In this document: positions 60,656-64,000 of the stretch, piece after piece
How positions within the stretch are numbered: position 1 is the first letter of the stretch
How the letters are laid out: each line of letters starts with the position of its first letter
From: Clostridium sp. CAG:609
Lineage (GTDB): Bacteria; Bacillota_I; Bacilli_A; RF39; UBA660
Assembly: GCA_000438075.1 (NCBI GenBank)
Contig: FR903546.1
Span: forward strand, 17,243 to 81,242
Direction of reading: 5' to 3'
Length of the DNA stretch: 64,000 bases
Translations under genes and position numbers: made by a program
Notes under the pieces: generated by a model
What the model saw: only the letters and a program-made list of their open reading frames with translations
What the model was told of the DNA's origin: nothing
The model's database searches: none

Positions 60656-61912
60656 ATGGAATATAAAAATAGTTATATATTTCTTAAAAGAAACGATAAA
60701 GAAAAAGATATTCCTAAGAAAGATAATGCAATTATAATTAAATTACCTCCTTCATTTAGGTACTTGTTAAAAAAAACTTTCATAAACATTAAATTTGATT
60801 ATGAAGATAGTGAAGATATAAATAGTGGAAAATTTACTATAGAAAATGGTAGTAAAAAGATAGAAATATTATTTAAATACTATAGTGTAATGAGTAATTG
60901 TTATTTAGACATAATTGTTGAAAGTAAAAATGTTATGTCTGCGGTAAGTACTTTAAATAAAATAAATGACATGTTATTTGCTAAAAACAATTTCTTTGAT
61001 GAATTCTATGTATCTATTATTTCTTATGATTATTCATCTGAATATTATTGTAATAAACTATATCCTTATTTAAATGAATTTGAAAGAAAATTAAGAAAAC
61101 TTCTTTTTAATATTTATACTTTAAATTTTAACTTAGACTATTATGTTGCTATACCAAATGAAGAAGTAAAAAACAATATTAAAAAAGGTTCAAAAGAAAT
61201 TAATAAAGAAATAAATAAATTAAACAATGGAAATGTATCAGTTGAAGATTGCTTTATTAAATACGGTTTTTATTCATTAGAATATAGTGATGTAGATAAA
61301 TTATTATTTACAAAATATATATCGTCTGATGATGAAACTAAATTAGAAGAATTTTTAAAAAATAATAAAGATTTAACTAAATTAAGTGATAGTGAATTAA
61401 GAAAAAAGTTTAAGCTATCTAAACCTAAAAATGCGTGGGAAAGATTTTTTAATAATAAAAAAATGGATGACAATTTTCAAACAACATTTAATTTGATTCG
61501 CATATTTAGAAATAATATTGATCATTGCAAATTTATAAGCAAAAAACAGTATGATGAATGCATAAAATTATTAAAACAAGAAATTAAATCATTAGATACA
61601 GCTATTTCAACAACGGAACAAAAAGATTTCCTTAATAGAAATATAAAATTGAGTTATGAGTATATTAATAAAATTTCAGAAATAATAAATGAATTTATAA
61701 TGAATTCTTATAAACCGTTGATGGATAATATTGAATTAATCAATCAACCAATGAAAGAAATAAACGAAAAAATTAAACTTATTGTTAATCCAGTATCTTC
61801 AATTATATCTAATATGACAAGTTCAGTATTACCAGAAGTAGAACTATTAAAGTATAATATTCCAAATTATTTTAATGACATTAAAACAGAAAATGATAAT
61901 AAGAAAAGTTAA
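60656..61912 (+). CDS. Hypothetical 418 aa protein with an Rx4H HEPN-like motif (LIRIFRNNIDH); candidate Abi-like defence protein
   Basis: RBS AGGAGGGAG; extended -10 TGTGGTATAAT upstream; motif read from the translation; no other family recognised. Confidence 0.45.
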   Translation: MEYKNSYIFLKRNDKEKDIPKKDNAIIIKLPPSFRYLLKKTFINIKFDYEDSEDINSGKFTIENGSKKIEILFKYYSVMSNCYLDIIVESKNVMSAVSTLNKINDMLFAKNNFFDEFYVSIISYDYSSEYYCNKLYPYLNEFERKLRKLLFNIYTLNFNLDYYVAIPNEEVKNNIKKGSKEINKEINKLNNGNVSVEDCFIKYGFYSLEYSDVDKLLFTKYISSDDETKLEEFLKNNKDLTKLSDSELRKKFKLSKPKNAWERFFNNKKMDDNFQTTFNLIRIFRNNIDHCKFISKKQYDECIKLLKQEIKSLDTAISTTEQKDFLNRNIKLSYEYINKISEIINEFIMNSYKPLMDNIELINQPMKEINEKIKLIVNPVSSIISNMTSSVLPEVELLKYNIPNYFNDIKTENDNKKS

Positions 61913-62024
61913 ATAAATAAGTTGATAAAACGTAATACATACGATATATTTATATTGCAAGTAAAAAATATAATATATTTTTGTAAGGGGTCTATTTTCG
62001 GATAGAGTCCTAGTTATATTAAGG

Positions 62025-62054
62025 AGGTTGAAACAATTTCAACCTCTTTTTTTG
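62025..62054 (+). terminator. Rho-independent terminator (GAGGTTGAAA-CAA-TTTCAACCTC + T7)
   Basis: Perfect 10 bp stem plus T-run, 113 bp after the 61912 stop. Confidence 0.7.
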
Positions 62055-62080
62055 AATAAAAAAAAGAAGCAATAAAGCTT

Positions 62081-62275
62081 CTAACCATTAAATAATCTAT
62101 CTTGCATTCTATCAGAATTATCTAAATACATCTTATACATTTTATATATATCACAATCTTTATAATTAACTTCTTTAAAATTATCATCACTATTAAAGTT
62201 TACTTGTAAATAATCACTAATAGTTAGGTATAGTATATGTACTAAAAATTTGCCATAAACTTTTTTCATTTTCAA
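62081..62275 (-). CDS. Small hypothetical protein (64 aa), uncertain
   Basis: ORF bounded by hairpins on both sides. Confidence 0.25.
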   Translation of the reverse strand: MKMKKVYGKFLVHILYLTISDYLQVNFNSDDNFKEVNYKDCDIYKMYKMYLDNSDRMQDRLFNG

Positions 62276-62582
62276 AAGTTTTTTATAACATAGTTGTTTA
62301 TACCATCAATCCAATATTGTCTTATTATTTCTTCCGTAAGCAGAAATAATAGTGTTTTTATTATCAATCCGAATACTTAGTTGGCATGCTCGGAGTAAAA
62401 ATTAAAGAAAAAAATACCAGGAAATTGAAAAAATTTCCTTTTTTGTGTCTAAAAATTATACTTTTTAAAACTTTTTTAAGCTCTTCGACAAAAACCAACA
62501 ATTATTTTTCTTAAAGTGTGTTTTAATATTACCTCGAAAGGAGAAAATGTAAAAAAATAATCATTATGAAGGGAGGAAAAAT

Positions 62583-63314
62583 ATGATTAAGATTAAAAAT
62601 AGTGAGAATTTATATCCAACAATATTTAAAGAACATCTATTATTTTGTCTATTGAAATCATCTTACAAGGAAGATATTATCATCGAAGATGTAGAAAACA
62701 TAACTTTATTAACAAGTATAATTAAATTAAATGGTTACACGATTAATAAATTTTTAAAAAAAATATTTAATAACTATAAAGAATTATCTTTTAAAATATC
62801 TAATGTTAACATGTTATATTACACAAATACATATCAAAAATATGAAGTATTATTATCCATAAGATTTAATGATTATAACTGGACTATGAAAATTAATGTT
62901 GAATCTGGATTAAACTTAAAAGGTAAAGATGAGGTTTTTTACTTACCAAAACTTAAGAAAAGAATAATATTAAAATATTTGACTAAAGAAGAAAAACTAG
63001 CAAAAATGTTTTTTCAAATAATTGAAAATATCTTAGCAAGTATTGATATTTTAGATAAATTCTACACACTTTATTATTCAAAAATAGATGACGAACTATT
63101 CTTATCAATATTAGAAAATATATACTCATCTACCAAAGAAAAGCTAAACATAAACGAACAAATAAAAAAAATCAATAATTTAAAAGAAAACAAAATATTT
63201 CGAAGTAAATGGCATAGATATACGTTAAAAAAAACAGATATCAAGTTTAATTTAAATGATATACAATTTTGTTTAAAAAATATATTGGCAAAATTAAAAG
63301 AAAGGGTGGTATAA
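62583..63314 (+). CDS. Hypothetical protein (243 aa), unknown function
   Basis: RBS GAAGGGAGG; stop overlaps the start of the next gene (TAAATG). Confidence 0.45.
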   Translation: MIKIKNSENLYPTIFKEHLLFCLLKSSYKEDIIIEDVENITLLTSIIKLNGYTINKFLKKIFNNYKELSFKISNVNMLYYTNTYQKYEVLLSIRFNDYNWTMKINVESGLNLKGKDEVFYLPKLKKRIILKYLTKEEKLAKMFFQIIENILASIDILDKFYTLYYSKIDDELFLSILENIYSSTKEKLNINEQIKKINNLKENKIFRSKWHRYTLKKTDIKFNLNDIQFCLKNILAKLKERVV

Positions 63315-64000
63315 ATGAATAAAAAAATATTATTAATAATCTGTTTGTTTTTAAGCTTTTCAAATAAAGTATTAGCATCAACCTTTAAAGGTGGCGATGT
63401 TATAAATGATATGTATATTGTAAAAATTGATGAATTTGGAAATAAAGAATACAAAAAAGCTCAATTTATTATTAATGAAAATAATGAATATGTCTATTGT
63501 ATTGAGCCTTTCGTCAAAGTAAAAAATAATGTAAAATATGAAAATTATGAAGATAATTTTGAAAATGTTTTAGGTATAAGTAAAAAATTATGGCAAAGAA
63601 TAAATTTAATTAGTTACTACGGCTATAATTATCAAGATAATTATTATGATCACACTAATTCATCATGGTATTATATTACTCAAATGCTTATATGGAGAGA
63701 AATATATTCTGAAGGATCGTTTTATTTCACAGATACCCTCCAAGGAGAAATTAATCTAAATCTCTATGAAAATGAAATAAATGAAATCTATAATCTGGTT
63801 GATAATCATTTCACTATTCCAGAATTTAACATACCAGAAGTTTATATTAATGAGACAATAACTCTAAAAGATAATTTAAATGTATTATACAAATATAAAA
63901 CTGATAATGAAAATATCACATTAAATAATAATGAATTAATAGTTAAAGTCTTAAATGAGGAACAAACATTTAATCTTTATAAAGAAATGAATAATGTAAA
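63315..64000 (+). CDS. Secreted protein with thioester-domain-like motifs (YVYCIEPF ... YYITQMLIW), 3'-truncated by the window edge
   Basis: Signal peptide MNKKILLIICLFLSFSNKVLAS; Cys motif and TQxxIW motif resemble the Cys/Gln pair of Gram-positive TED adhesins; tentative. Confidence 0.4.
   Translation, partial: MNKKILLIICLFLSFSNKVLASTFKGGDVINDMYIVKIDEFGNKEYKKAQFIINENNEYVYCIEPFVKVKNNVKYENYEDNFENVLGISKKLWQRINLISYYGYNYQDNYYDHTNSSWYYITQMLIWREIYSEGSFYFTDTLQGEINLNLYENEINEIYNLVDNHFTIPEFNIPEVYINETITLKDNLNVLYKYKTDNENITLNNNELIVKVLNEEQTFNLYKEMNNV

Noticed and set aside
1-64000. CRISPR arrays, rRNA operons or large tandem repeats
   Set aside because: No regularly spaced direct repeats with unique spacers, and no rRNA-like GC-rich blocks. 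The only RNA gene found is the tRNA at 39310-39386.
1-64000. Alternative genetic code (UGA = Trp, Mollicutes-like) suggested by the extreme AT content
   Set aside because: TGA cleanly terminates well-supported genes (e.g. bacteriocin peptide A at 6987-6989, the ogt-region ORFs) and Trp is encoded by TGG throughout. Sporulation genes also argue for a Firmicute with the standard code.

Overview
This 64 kb window comes from a very AT-rich (roughly 27-30% GC) low-GC Gram-positive endospore-forming bacterium. Standard genetic code: TGA terminates ORFs and TGG encodes Trp. Supporting the endospore call are a gerA-type germinant receptor operon, sigG followed by ylmC/ymxH, spoIVB, and a SpoVB-like flippase. 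The window is mostly core chromosome: proS, rpsU, rpmG-efp, lspA-rluD, a bidirectional-terminator region between a rhomboid gene and lexA, relA-dtd, and a contiguous dTMP/one-carbon cluster (nucleotidase, ruvB, folD, glyA, fused thyX, tmk, queA) followed by ppdK. Several small accessory islets are interleaved:
(1) a class II bacteriocin locus: a C39-peptidase ABC exporter plus two overlapping double-glycine-leader peptide genes that are missing from the ORF track;
(2) two paralogous membrane-anchored proteins with homologous N-termini and a shared Cys-rich C-terminal motif CxNYCxxGxYYNGxCYxL, one beside a sortase/secreted-adhesin cluster and one beside an XRE / Y-family polymerase / YolD cassette whose divergent promoter carries three copies of a 15 bp operator;
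(3) an intact IS3-family element inserted into the loop of a terminator hairpin, with an 8 bp target duplication;
(4) a tRNA-Arg(CCU) flanked by a frameshifted XRE gene and a large TasA/camelysin-like (SipW-type signal) protein whose 3' end lies in a strongly GC-rich patch of apparently foreign composition;
(5) a Doc/Fic-like protein with His->Gln in the catalytic motif, next to efp;
(6) a Rel/RelA homolog with degenerate hydrolase motifs;
(7) near the 3' end, a small HTH gene, a 418 aa protein with an Rx4H (HEPN/Abi-like) motif, an unknown 243 aa protein, and a secreted protein with thioester-domain-like Cys and TQxxIW motifs.
No CRISPR array or rRNA gene is present. I cannot tie any of these islets to a characterised system with certainty. 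The Cys-rich paralog family and the HTH/HEPN/unknown/TED-like quartet are the best candidates for something undescribed.
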